NCBI GenBank assembly: GCA_002432635.1
Contig: DJFX01000047.1
Span: 320,766 to 384,765 of the forward strand
Direction: 5' to 3'
Source: Halothiobacillaceae bacterium UBA5861
Lineage (GTDB): Bacteria > Pseudomonadota > Gammaproteobacteria > UBA5861
DNA: 64,000 bases
Positions 19,349 through 29,266 of the stretch are shown in pieces. The notes beneath the pieces were generated by a model that was given only the letters and a program-made list of their open reading frames with translations, was not told the origin of the DNA and did not search any database. Positions within the stretch are counted from its first letter, which is position 1; every line of letters starts with the position of its first letter. A program made the translations under genes and the position numbers.

Positions 19349-20272
19349 TTGAAACCTACATCAACGGCATTTATGCACACACACTCACACCACCATGCAC
19401 CAAGCTACAACCAGGCTTTTGTCATCGGTGTAACCTTGAATTTGGTTTTTGTGGGGATCGAAGGTTTATACGGTATTTTGGCCAACTCCCTGGCCCTGGT
19501 TGCAGACGCCGGGCACAACCTGATTGACGTGGTTACCCTGCTACTGGCCTGGGGGGCTACTTTTCTCGCTGCGCAGCAACCAACACCCCAAAGGACTTAC
19601 GGCCTTCAGCGTGTGACCATTCTCACCTCCCTGCTCAGCGCCACCTTGTTACTGCTTGCACTGGGAGGTATTACCTGGGAAGCCCTGGGCCGCTTGGCTG
19701 AGCCAACACCCATTGACGGGTGGACAGTCGTAGTCATCGCCCTTGCTGGGGTTATCGTTAACACGATTACGGCGCTGCTTTTCTTCTCCGGCCAAAAGCA
19801 CGACTTGAACATCAAAGCGGCTTACTTGCATATGGCGGCCGACGCTCTCGTGTCTGTCGGCGTGGTCATTGCGGGCATCCTGATTCTATTCACCGGTTGG
19901 CTATGGCTGGACCCACTGATCAGCCTGGTGATTGTCGCCGTAGTGTTCGTTGTGACGTGGAAACTGCTTAAAGACTCAGCCCACCTTGCCATTGATGGCG
20001 TTCCAGCTCACATTCGCTTTGATGATGTCGAAACCTGGCTACTCGAATTACCTGGCGTAGAAAGCGTTCATGATCTGCACATCTGGGGAACGAGCACGAC
20101 GAAAGTTGCCTTAACAGCACACCTTATTATGCCTAACAAGCATCCTGATGATGCCTTTCTAAGCCACATCGCGCATAGGCTCAATATGAAGTTTGGTATT
20201 GCTCATACCACCGTTCAAATCGAACAAAGTGAAAAAAACGCCTGCCCGTTAGCAACACCTAAGAGCCTTTAA
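19349..20272 (+). CDS. cation diffusion facilitator (CDF) metal efflux transporter, CzcD-like, His-rich N-terminus
   Basis: HTHSHHH N-terminal tract, TM2 motif ALVADAGHNLID, C-terminal cytoplasmic domain. Confidence 0.8.
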   Translation: MKPTSTAFMHTHSHHHAPSYNQAFVIGVTLNLVFVGIEGLYGILANSLALVADAGHNLIDVVTLLLAWGATFLAAQQPTPQRTYGLQRVTILTSLLSATLLLLALGGITWEALGRLAEPTPIDGWTVVVIALAGVIVNTITALLFFSGQKHDLNIKAAYLHMAADALVSVGVVIAGILILFTGWLWLDPLISLVIVAVVFVVTWKLLKDSAHLAIDGVPAHIRFDDVETWLLELPGVESVHDLHIWGTSTTKVALTAHLIMPNKHPDDAFLSHIAHRLNMKFGIAHTTVQIEQSEKNACPLATPKSL

Positions 20273-20308
20273 ACAGACCCCATCGTCCGCGACAGACAAT
20301 AGACCGGC

Positions 20309-21325
20309 CTATTTTTCCGGCTCAATGTGAATAGAAATATCTTTAATGCCGAACTCTCCTTCCAGCAGTGCTTCAACTTCGTCGGCAATCTCGTGAGCCG
20401 CCTCTGTTGTCAGTTCAGGGTCGACTGTGAAAATCATATCAACCGCCCGTGTTGGCCCTATCCACCGCGACCGGAGCTGCAAAACATTGTGTACACCTTT
20501 AACTTTTTCGATGGCGCGAATAATCGGTTCAGGATCGACAGCAATTTCATCCACCAGCACGGGAACAGCACGCTTGAACAATCCGTACGCGAGGTAAAAA
20601 ATCATACCCGCAACGATCAAGGCACACAGTCGATCCAGCCAGGGGTAACCCGCAGCAGAAAGCTGCCAGCCAATGATGACAACCAGTGTCGTCAACACAT
20701 CACCAAACGTGTGGCTGGCATCGGCTTCAAGGATGTCTGAAGATAATCTTCGTGCCCAATACCGCTGCCAGGTTGCCAGGCACACATTCACCACCAATAC
20801 CCCTATCATGAGCCACAATTCCCATGTGCCTGTTGAAATAATATCGTCACGAGGTTGCACAGCGCGTATTACGAGCTCCAGTCCAAGCGCAGCCAGCAAA
20901 CTCGCCAGACCAAAAACGGCCAGTGTTTCAAACTTACGATGGCCATAGGGGTGCTCATGGTCGGCCGGTTTAGCGGATACGGCAATGACAATCCACGCAA
21001 CGATGTTATTCGCCATATCCGTCATGGAATGAATCGCATCACCCAGAATGGCGAGTGAACCGGTCATTAAACCAACCGTCAATTTCGCCAAAAAGACTAA
21101 TAAATTGACACCACCTTCAATCAGAATCAAAAGTTTTACCGCTTGATCCCGTGTTATCGTACGGGTTTTTGCGCAGACTTTATCGCTCAGTGATGCCCAT
21201 AAACCCGTTGCTAAAGCCACCATCAGTTCAGCCGCGAATATAAAAAAATGCACGACGTTTTGAAGCACAATAAACCCTCTCCCCATCTGGTCACGCAGCC
21301 CTCGAGTTTGCTTCTGGCGGTTCAT
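20309..21325 (-). CDS. cation diffusion facilitator transporter, FieF/YiiP-like
   Basis: LAILGDAIHSMTDMANN and HTFGDVLTTLVVI motifs; start codon overlaps the stop of the upstream DASS permease by 1 nt. Confidence 0.75.
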   Translation of the reverse strand: MNRQKQTRGLRDQMGRGFIVLQNVVHFFIFAAELMVALATGLWASLSDKVCAKTRTITRDQAVKLLILIEGGVNLLVFLAKLTVGLMTGSLAILGDAIHSMTDMANNIVAWIVIAVSAKPADHEHPYGHRKFETLAVFGLASLLAALGLELVIRAVQPRDDIISTGTWELWLMIGVLVVNVCLATWQRYWARRLSSDILEADASHTFGDVLTTLVVIIGWQLSAAGYPWLDRLCALIVAGMIFYLAYGLFKRAVPVLVDEIAVDPEPIIRAIEKVKGVHNVLQLRSRWIGPTRAVDMIFTVDPELTTEAAHEIADEVEALLEGEFGIKDISIHIEPEK

Positions 21326-22659
21326 CAGATAATGGCTCCTGTAACGAGGGTAATAAGAAAAATAAACACGATATTCAACCGTAATCCAATACGCATCATC
21401 TCCTTTTGCTCAATCAGACCCGTTCCGAATACCAACGCATTGGGTGGCGTGGCGACAGGCAACATAAAAGCACACGAGACAGCAACCGCCAACGTCAGCG
21501 CAAGGGTGTCAGATGAGTAACCTGACTGCACCGAGGGCAATGCGTAAAAAATAGGAATGAGAAGCGCTGCGGTGGCGGTGTTACTCGCCAGTTCCGTCAA
21601 AAAGATAGCCATTCCAACCACCAATAACAGAAATACGATGGGGGATACGGTATTTTGTAAATCCAACAGAGGTTCGGCCAAATAGGCACTGGCCCCTGTA
21701 CTGACAAGCACTTCACTTAAGGTGATCCCTCCACCAAAGAGAATCAGTACCTTCCAGTCTGTATCTCGCGTCAAAGCCTGCCAGCTCACAAGCCGTAACC
21801 CTGTCAGCACAACGATTGCAGCAATGGCGATCAATGCATCAAAGTCTTTATCGATACCCAACCCACTTGCCAAAGGCTGCCCAAATAACCAAAAACCTGC
21901 TGTCATCAGAAAAACGCCCAACACCAGCCATGTTGATGTAGACCAGACGACACGCTCTGCTTCCAGTGGCTGAGGGGGCGGCACCGTCGGCCTGAGAGTA
22001 ACCCACAAAATCAAAACCATGGCTGGCAGTAAAACACCAACCAACGGCAGGCCGATTTGCAACCAGCTCAAGAAGTCAATACCGATCACAGACGCGGCAA
22101 TCGCATTAGGCGGGCTGCCAATTAGCGTGCCGATCCCACCAATACTGGCGCTGTAGGCTGTCCCCAGTAAAACAAATACCAGGGTGGACCGGGGAGCCTC
22201 GCGTACAGGCCCGACAAGCCCTAGTGCGAGGGGTAATGCAAGCGCAGCAACGGCTGTATTGCTCATCCACATACTGAGAAAAGCCGTCCCCAGGAATAAT
22301 AAAAGGCTAGAGGGTAAAAACCGCCCTTTGGCTAGTCCCATCAGGTTCTGAGCCATCCAACGGTCCAATTTGTGTTCGCGCATAGCAGAGGCGAGCGTGA
22401 ACCCACCTAAAAATAAAAATATGATTGGGCTGGCGAAGTTTTTCAACGCGGTGACGGCATCTAACACGCCTGCGCCCATTGCCAGCAGGGGCACCAATAG
22501 CGCCGTGGTGTAAATTGGCAGTGCTTCTGTCAACCAAAGTATCGCCACCAGGCTCAGTATCCCCAGCCCAATAGCCGTTGCCGAATCGATGGGGCTGCCT
22601 AAAGCAATAGTCAACGATACGACGACCGCTACAAGAAAAATGAGCAGCTTGGCCATCAC
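21325..22659 (-). CDS. DASS/SLC13 family anion permease
   Basis: Two SNT hairpin signatures (MSNTAVAAL and ASNTATAALL) characteristic of divalent anion:Na+ symporters. Confidence 0.75.
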   Translation of the reverse strand: MMAKLLIFLVAVVVSLTIALGSPIDSATAIGLGILSLVAILWLTEALPIYTTALLVPLLAMGAGVLDAVTALKNFASPIIFLFLGGFTLASAMREHKLDRWMAQNLMGLAKGRFLPSSLLLFLGTAFLSMWMSNTAVAALALPLALGLVGPVREAPRSTLVFVLLGTAYSASIGGIGTLIGSPPNAIAASVIGIDFLSWLQIGLPLVGVLLPAMVLILWVTLRPTVPPPQPLEAERVVWSTSTWLVLGVFLMTAGFWLFGQPLASGLGIDKDFDALIAIAAIVVLTGLRLVSWQALTRDTDWKVLILFGGGITLSEVLVSTGASAYLAEPLLDLQNTVSPIVFLLLVVGMAIFLTELASNTATAALLIPIFYALPSVQSGYSSDTLALTLAVAVSCAFMLPVATPPNALVFGTGLIEQKEMMRIGLRLNIVFIFLITLVTGAII

Positions 22660-22752
22660 TACCCGTTAACCTTTATCGTCAGATGTTTTACCACGCTAAT
22701 ACAATCTTGCCAGGCGGGAGGCCAACACAGAACAAGAAAAAAGCCCACAGGA

Positions 22753-23535
22753 TTATGTGGTGGTTCCAGACGTGCAAAGTAAGTGAACATAACGCCCCAT
22801 CGCACGGAAAGGGTCGTGCCGGGAAAAGCGTTTTTCCATTTCGAGGATATCCTCCAAACTCCGTTGTTCTCGCATGTCAGCTGACAGGTAATCATACACA
22901 ATCCGTACACCACTATAGAGGTCCACCTGAACCTGACGCGCTTTTAACGCATTCAGTACGAAGCTTGGGTCTAACGGGTGATTCGGTGTTAATCCGTTTG
23001 GGTGACCTCGATAATCGCCCGACTGTACTTTACGAAAATTACCTTTTAATAAATTTCGCAGGATAATAGCGTTCACATTATAAAACATGAGCGAAAGCCT
23101 ACCGCCAGGTTTAAGGTACGTTAATAGCGATTCGATGGCTTCGATGGGCTCATCAACCCACTCCAGTACAGCGTGACAAATAACAATATCAAACTGCCCC
23201 CACATCTCATGCGGCAATTGCTGAAATGCTTGATGGATAAACGTCACATCGGCGTTTGGGACAGTTTCTGCAACGAGCCTTTCAGACTCACGCAGCATAT
23301 TTTTGGAAATATCACAGGCAACAACCGTATGCCCTTTTTGCGCAAAATAGCGCATCATTTGTCCGCTACCCGCGCCGGCATCTAACACCTTGAGTGAGCC
23401 TGGCTGAGACAGCTGCGGAATATTGTCCTCCAGGTCACTTTGCACAATTGCCAGACGAATTTTTCCTTTTGGGTGCGCGTAGATATTCTGGGTAAAGCGC
23501 GTAATCAGGTCATCAAAATTGCGGCCACCCGACAT
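22753..23535 (-). CDS. cmoM: SAM-dependent methyltransferase, CmoM/SmtA-like (tRNA cmo5U methyltransferase)
   Basis: RNFDDLITRFTQNIY N-terminus and VLDAGAGSG SAM motif closely match E. coli CmoM. Confidence 0.6.
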   Translation of the reverse strand: MSGGRNFDDLITRFTQNIYAHPKGKIRLAIVQSDLEDNIPQLSQPGSLKVLDAGAGSGQMMRYFAQKGHTVVACDISKNMLRESERLVAETVPNADVTFIHQAFQQLPHEMWGQFDIVICHAVLEWVDEPIEAIESLLTYLKPGGRLSLMFYNVNAIILRNLLKGNFRKVQSGDYRGHPNGLTPNHPLDPSFVLNALKARQVQVDLYSGVRIVYDYLSADMREQRSLEDILEMEKRFSRHDPFRAMGRYVHLLCTSGTTT

Positions 23536-23541
23536 AACCTG

Positions 23542-24342
23542 TCACTGCCCCTTGAAGGCAGGAGGGCGCTTTTCAATAAAGGCGTCGATCCCTTCACCGG
23601 TATCCTCCGCCATCATATTGCAGGCCATCACTTCTCCCGCAAAGTTGTAGGCATGATTGAGGCCTTGCTCCAGCTGCTTGTAAAACATGCTTTTCCCGGT
23701 ACGCACAGCTACCGGCGCTTTTTGCAGGATCTTGTCCACCAGCGCCTGCACTTCGGCATCCAGCTGCGCGGGTTCCACGGCACGATTGATCAAGCCGTAC
23801 TCTGCCGCCTGCTTCGCATTGATAAAATCTCCTGTAAACAACATTTCAAAAGCACGCTTACGTGAAATATTGCGGCTGAGTGCAACCGATGGCGTCGCAC
23901 AAAACAAGCCAACATTAATACCAGAAACGGCAAATCGTGCCTGTGTGTCGGCAATCGCCAAATCACAAGATGCGACCAATTGGCAGCCGGCCGCTGTGGC
24001 AACACCTTGTACTTTGGCAATAACTGGTTGAGGCATGTTGACCAGCGTCTGCATGACTTTTGCGCAGCGGGAAAACAGTTTTTGGTAGTAGGTTTTATCG
24101 GGGTTTGCGCGCATTTGTTTTAAATCATGGCCCGCACAGAATGCTTTCTCACTGGCGCTTTCGATGACTAATACCCGGATTGAGCGGTCATTGGCCACTG
24201 CATTCAGTGTTGTTTGCAAGGCGTCCAGTACATCTTCTGAGAGTGCGTTGAATTGTTGTGGCCGATTGAGTGTCAAAATACACTGAGCGCCTTCTTGTTT
24301 ACAAAAAACCGGTGTTGTATCCATCTCTCCCCTCCCCTGCAA
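23542..24342 (-). CDS. enoyl-CoA hydratase/isomerase (crotonase) family protein
   Basis: 266 aa; oxyanion-hole motifs AFCAGHDL and GVATAAG. Confidence 0.8.
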   Translation of the reverse strand: MQGRGEMDTTPVFCKQEGAQCILTLNRPQQFNALSEDVLDALQTTLNAVANDRSIRVLVIESASEKAFCAGHDLKQMRANPDKTYYQKLFSRCAKVMQTLVNMPQPVIAKVQGVATAAGCQLVASCDLAIADTQARFAVSGINVGLFCATPSVALSRNISRKRAFEMLFTGDFINAKQAAEYGLINRAVEPAQLDAEVQALVDKILQKAPVAVRTGKSMFYKQLEQGLNHAYNFAGEVMACNMMAEDTGEGIDAFIEKRPPAFKGQ

Positions 24343-24430
24343 TTTCGTGGTTTAATAGTGCGGCAACTGGCCATGACTCGCAAGCATAACTCTTAATAAT
24401 AAAATCCAAACCAGCTGGAGGACTGTTTTC

Positions 24431-24859
24431 ATGCCAAAAATTACGATTGAAGAATTTCAGGAAATCGCCCGTCGCAGCTTGACGTTTATGGATTCGATGG
24501 GCATTCATCTCGAACATATCGGCTCAGGAGAAGTCACTGCTCGGGCGCGCTATGATGAGTCATTCCTGCGGCCGGGCGGCACTGTCTCCGGCCCAATTAT
24601 GATGGGCTTGGCCGACGCCGCCATGTATGCCTTGGTGATGAGCCTGATCGGCCCCGTGGAACTGGCTGTAACGACGAACCTCAACATCAACTTTCTGCGT
24701 AAACCACTCCCAGGAGACATCACCGCCACTGCCAAAATTCTCAAACTGGGATCACGGCTGGCTATCGGTGAGGTTTATATCTATAGCGAAGGTGATGAAG
24801 ACCAAGCACCCGTGGCGCACGCAACCGTCACGTACTCAATACCCCCACGGTCACTTTAG
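24431..24859 (+). CDS. PaaI-type hotdog thioesterase
   Basis: 142 aa; GTVSGPIMMGLADAA motif of PaaI/YbdB 4HBT-like thioesterases. Confidence 0.7.
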   Translation: MPKITIEEFQEIARRSLTFMDSMGIHLEHIGSGEVTARARYDESFLRPGGTVSGPIMMGLADAAMYALVMSLIGPVELAVTTNLNINFLRKPLPGDITATAKILKLGSRLAIGEVYIYSEGDEDQAPVAHATVTYSIPPRSL

Positions 24860-24888
24860 CCAGTTCGAGCAGGACACGCCCTGCCCGC

Positions 24889-26259
24889 ATGTTCATGACG
24901 CTTCCCCGTAGCATAGCGGCTGTATTGCTTTCTACCGCCCTTCTGATCGGATTTTTCCCGCCTTTTGGCCTATCACCAATCGAAGGGCACGTCGCCGCCC
25001 TCACGCTTGGCGCAATTGCCTTTTGGTCAACGGGCGTGATTGCAGAACATCTGACCGCACTGATTTTTATGTTGTTGGCGGTGCTTTTATCCGTTGCCGC
25101 GCCACCGGTGATCTTTTCCGGCTTTTCTTCAACGGCTTTTTGGATGATCTTTGCTGGCCTGATCATTGGCGTAGCCGTTAAAGATACGGGTTTGGGCGAA
25201 CGGCTGGCCAGCCTGATTGCAAGGCACATCGACCGCAGTTACTTCACACTGGTGGCAGGCATGGTGGCGATTGGTGTGCTGATGTCATTCATTATGCCTT
25301 CGTCTCTCGGCCGCCTGATGATACTGATTCCCATTTCAATCGCATTGGCCAAGAAGTGTGGCTACACACCAAGCGACCGCGGCTATACAGGTATTATTAT
25401 CGCAACAGCCATGGGCAATCATATTCCCGCATTCACCATTCTTCCCGCCAATGTTCCCAATATGATCATGCTGGGACAAGCCGAGACGATCCTTGGCATC
25501 ACACCGTTGTATGGTGAATATCTGCTGTTGCATTTTCCCGTTTTAGGTCTTATCAAAGCCGTCTTGATTATAGCGTTGGTGCTTTGGCTTTTCCCCGAGT
25601 CAAAGCGACCTCAAATGTCCCGGAGTACTGAAAAAAAGGTTTTTTCTATTGACGAATTCAAACTGGCAACCGTGCTTTTTATCGCGCTGATTCTGTGGGT
25701 CACCGACTTCATTCACCACATTTCAGCGGCATGGATAGCACTCGCGGCAGCCGTTTTCCTCTTAATGCCACACATTGGCGTGATTCCGCGAGCAAACCTC
25801 AATAATCTCAATTACAGTTCGCTGTTCTTTGTAGTCGGAGTCCTGGCCATGGGTGGGTTGATTGCAGATTCCGGCCTGGGTAACCGCCTAGGTGACCTTG
25901 TTTTAGCCCATCTGCCTGTCGAAGAAGGCGCTGATTTTCAAAATTTCATGGCCTTGTCACTTGCGGCCACGTTAACCGGTGCGCTGGCCACTATGCCGAG
26001 TGTTCCCGCCATCCTCACGCCGATGGCAACAGGCATGGCCGAAATGTCGGGCATGTCTGTTTATACGGTAGTCATGACTCAGGTACTGGGGTTTTCTACT
26101 ATTTTGCTGCCTTATCACTCAGCACCCCTGATCATCGCCATGCAAATTGCAGGATTACCGCCGGGGAAGATCATTAAACCGATTTTTTACCTCGCTCTAC
26201 TCACCATTCTTTTACTCTTTCCCTTAGATTATTTATGGTGGCGTTTTTTAGGTTGGTAA
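24889..26259 (+). CDS. polytopic inner-membrane permease, ion-transporter (IT) superfamily, family uncertain
   Basis: 456 aa, about 12 hydrophobic segments, internal repeat-like organisation; no diagnostic SNT motif. Confidence 0.4.
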   Translation: MFMTLPRSIAAVLLSTALLIGFFPPFGLSPIEGHVAALTLGAIAFWSTGVIAEHLTALIFMLLAVLLSVAAPPVIFSGFSSTAFWMIFAGLIIGVAVKDTGLGERLASLIARHIDRSYFTLVAGMVAIGVLMSFIMPSSLGRLMILIPISIALAKKCGYTPSDRGYTGIIIATAMGNHIPAFTILPANVPNMIMLGQAETILGITPLYGEYLLLHFPVLGLIKAVLIIALVLWLFPESKRPQMSRSTEKKVFSIDEFKLATVLFIALILWVTDFIHHISAAWIALAAAVFLLMPHIGVIPRANLNNLNYSSLFFVVGVLAMGGLIADSGLGNRLGDLVLAHLPVEEGADFQNFMALSLAATLTGALATMPSVPAILTPMATGMAEMSGMSVYTVVMTQVLGFSTILLPYHSAPLIIAMQIAGLPPGKIIKPIFYLALLTILLLFPLDYLWWRFLGW

Positions 26260-26637
26260 TCAGCCCATGCGTTTTGCAAAATAGCGCTTTAATGTTTGAC
26301 TGCCTGAATGCAGGCACCCCCGTTACTCGGCAGTATGAGCGCTTCCAAAAGTGGTCATAAAAGGGAATAGCGATGAATCAAACGGAAGGCTACATTATAA
26401 AAAGTAAATCCAGCTACGGTTGAAGCCGGGTGGCTCGGCTTTGACACCACCTAACCAGCAGAGCCGAATTTCCCAAAAGCATGGGTTACGACTGTAATTG
26501 GGGGCGCCTTGGTAACCTATGGATACACTGACCGTAGCCCCGCTCAAAGAAGCAACTCAATGACTCGATGATGTCCACAGTAATGAAGTTAAAAGGGTTT
26601 ATAAATCGGCGTAAAGGCGCTCAGTTGCGCTAGAATG

Positions 26638-26665
26638 GAGTGCCGGGCCCAAGCATTCGGCACTC
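26638..26665. promoter_or_regulatory. inverted repeat gagtgccg-N12-cggcactc immediately upstream of the tetR-family gene, preceded by TAGAAT (26631-26636)
   Basis: Read from the sequence; candidate autoregulatory operator/promoter. Confidence 0.3.
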
Positions 26666-26672
26666 TATTTAA

Positions 26673-27317
26673 ATGGGAGTACCAATGGTCAACTCGAAAA
26701 ATATAAAAAATACACACTCAACCTCAATGAAAGAGGAATTAAGAACGTATAAGCGTGAACGCATTCTGGAAGAAGCCGGCAAGTTGTTTTACGAACGCGG
26801 GTACCACAAGACAACACTCGATGCGATTGCCGAGTCATTGGGTGTGACCAAGCCCTTTATTTATTCTTACTACAAAAACAAAACAGAGCTACTCACAGAA
26901 ATTTACAGCCGCGTCATCACCTATTCGCAGGACTGCATCATTGAAGCAAAAAGTGTCAGTGACTCTCCCCGAAAAATCATTGAGCGCTTTGTTCAGCTCT
27001 TCGTCCAGTTAACCATCCGTGAGCAGGCTGTAGTAGCGGTATATTTTCAGGAAGCCGCGAATATCCCGGAAGATGATCGCATCGCGATCAGTCAGCTTAA
27101 ACGTGAATACGATGAGCAATTAACGAGCTTGATTAAGGACGGCATTGACTGCGGTGAGTTTAAAGTGGACGATCCGCAACTCGCAGGTTTCGCCATCACC
27201 GGCATGATCAGCTGGGTCTATACCTGGTATCGCCCAAATGGCCGGCTCTCATTGGCCGGCATTTGTGATCGCATGGTTGATTATACCCTGCAACTTTTGG
27301 GTGCTGCTCGCAACTAG
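26673..27317 (+). CDS. TetR/AcrR family transcriptional regulator
   Basis: N-terminal HTH TYKRERILEEAGKLFYERGYHKTTLDAIAESLGVTKPFIYSYYKNK. Confidence 0.85.
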   Translation: MGVPMVNSKNIKNTHSTSMKEELRTYKRERILEEAGKLFYERGYHKTTLDAIAESLGVTKPFIYSYYKNKTELLTEIYSRVITYSQDCIIEAKSVSDSPRKIIERFVQLFVQLTIREQAVVAVYFQEAANIPEDDRIAISQLKREYDEQLTSLIKDGIDCGEFKVDDPQLAGFAITGMISWVYTWYRPNGRLSLAGICDRMVDYTLQLLGAARN

Positions 27318-28105
27318 TCGCCTGCCCACTTGGGCTTACGTTTTTCGTTGAACGCAGCAACACCTTCTTTAAAATCATCGGTCATAAAATATAAAGCCAC
27401 TTCGGATTGCGCATAGGCAAATGCTTCATCGAGGTTCATATTCCGAATCGAGTTCATGCCGTGCTTTCCACGCCGAATCGCCGCCGGAGACTTGGTAGTC
27501 ACACGCTCACAAAGCCAGTTAACTTTATTGTCCAGCTCACTTTGGGGCACGACATAGTTGAGCAGGCCCACTTCCTGACCCCATTGAGTGTCGAACGTTT
27601 CACCTGTGTAAATCATTTCATTTAACACTCGCCGCGGCAACGTTCTTTGTAAATAAGGTACGATCATCAGAGGAAACAAACCGATTTTGACCTCCGGTAA
27701 TGCGAATTTGGCGTGCTCTGCTGCCACGGCCATATCACACATTGCCAACAATGCCATACCACCGGCCATGGCAACACCATTCACGCGAGCAATCGTGGGG
27801 GTCGTACAGCGTTCCAGAACACGGAATACATCTACAATCGGGTGGTTTAAACTCTCCAAACGCATTTTGACTGGGCTGTAATCGGTATCCGGCTTAAGAT
27901 CTGCTCCTGCAGAAAAAGCCACATCACCCGCACCGGTAATCACAATCACCCGCACAGAGGGATCCTGTTCAGCCGCTTCAAGATGGGCACGAAGTTTTTG
28001 AAAAACATGCCCGGTTAATGAATTTCTTCGTTCTGGCCTGTTTACGGTTAGCCAAAGCGCATGGCCTTTCTGCTCGGCCAGTACAATATTGTCTATGTCA
28101 CTCAT
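27314..28105 (-). CDS. enoyl-CoA hydratase/isomerase (crotonase) family protein
   Basis: 263 aa; AFSAGADL and GVAMAGG oxyanion motifs; 4 nt convergent overlap with tetR. Confidence 0.8.
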   Translation of the reverse strand: MSDIDNIVLAEQKGHALWLTVNRPERRNSLTGHVFQKLRAHLEAAEQDPSVRVIVITGAGDVAFSAGADLKPDTDYSPVKMRLESLNHPIVDVFRVLERCTTPTIARVNGVAMAGGMALLAMCDMAVAAEHAKFALPEVKIGLFPLMIVPYLQRTLPRRVLNEMIYTGETFDTQWGQEVGLLNYVVPQSELDNKVNWLCERVTTKSPAAIRRGKHGMNSIRNMNLDEAFAYAQSEVALYFMTDDFKEGVAAFNEKRKPKWAGD

Positions 28106-28126
28106 GGGTTTCCTCCTCGAAATATA

Positions 28127-29254
28127 TTATTGCCCGAACACTTCATCATTATGCTCACCTAAATGAGGGGGTCGGCGCATAAAACCAGGGCGCTGACCAT
28201 CAAATTTAATCGGCAACCCCACTAGCTTCAGGGGGGAGCTTTCATTGGATTGAATCATCTGACTGGCAACCACTTGAGGATGGACAACGACTTCATCAAT
28301 CGTCTGCACCGGTGAATTGGGAATATTCAACGCATCAAATTTTTCAATCCAGTATGCTCGAGGTTGGGTCTTCATAACTTCAGCAATTTCTACAATCAAT
28401 AGATCAGCATTAGCATTACGGGCCTGTGCTTTTTCAAATCGTTCATCTTCAGACCACTCGTTACGATCGAGAGCCTTGCAAAAATTTTTAAATTGTCCAT
28501 CCGTACCGGCCGTCACCATGAGAACACCATCGGCTGTTTCAAACCCTTGGTTAGGCACTAAAGCAGGGCCGCGGTTCCCCATCCGTTGAGGCATATAACC
28601 TGATGCAAGATATTCAGTGATTGGCAACTTCATCCAGTTTAATGCGGTATCCAGGAGCGCTGTATCCACTACACCGCCTTTACCTGTCGTATGTCGGCGG
28701 TAAAGTGCCGCGATAATACCAATGGTTGACCACATGCCGGTGCCGATATCGATCAGGGAAACGCCCACACGTGAAGGTGAACGTTCGGCTTCTCCGGTAA
28801 TACTCATAATGCCGGAGAAGGCTTGCATCAATGGATCATAACCGGGCCTTGAGGACATAGGGCCATCGCCATAGGCATTCACATTACAGTAGATCAGTTG
28901 TGGATTTTTCTTAAGTACGGCCTCTGCATCAATGCCAAACTTTTTCACAACGCCTGCGCGAAAGTTTTGTAAAACAACATCTGCAGACACAATCAGGTGC
29001 ATCAGCATTTCCAACTGCTCAGCATTACCGAAGTCCACGGTTACCGAGCGCTTTTCGCGGTTCACACACTCATAACCAACGGCTGAATTCCAGTCGAGTT
29101 TTGTCCCCCAGGCGCGCGTCGCATCACCTTCCGGGCCTTCGACTTTAATAACGTCAGCCCCCATAAACGCCAATGCTTCTGTACAACTGGGTCCGGAAAT
29201 ACTGGAGCCTAGCTCGACCACTTTAATACCGGTTAAAGGAAGTGTTTCAAACAT
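28127..29254 (-). CDS. family III CoA-transferase (CaiB/BaiF/Frc type)
   Basis: LTGIKVVELGSSISGP N-terminus and conserved catalytic-Asp loop region. Confidence 0.85.
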   Translation of the reverse strand: MFETLPLTGIKVVELGSSISGPSCTEALAFMGADVIKVEGPEGDATRAWGTKLDWNSAVGYECVNREKRSVTVDFGNAEQLEMLMHLIVSADVVLQNFRAGVVKKFGIDAEAVLKKNPQLIYCNVNAYGDGPMSSRPGYDPLMQAFSGIMSITGEAERSPSRVGVSLIDIGTGMWSTIGIIAALYRRHTTGKGGVVDTALLDTALNWMKLPITEYLASGYMPQRMGNRGPALVPNQGFETADGVLMVTAGTDGQFKNFCKALDRNEWSEDERFEKAQARNANADLLIVEIAEVMKTQPRAYWIEKFDALNIPNSPVQTIDEVVVHPQVVASQMIQSNESSPLKLVGLPIKFDGQRPGFMRRPPHLGEHNDEVFGQ

Positions 29255-29266
29255 GATGACCTCGTC

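Noticed and set aside
20285-20315. ccgg...ccgg inverted repeat between the convergent CDF genes as a terminator
   Set aside because: Stem only 4-5 bp and the T-run lies in the loop, not 3' of the stem
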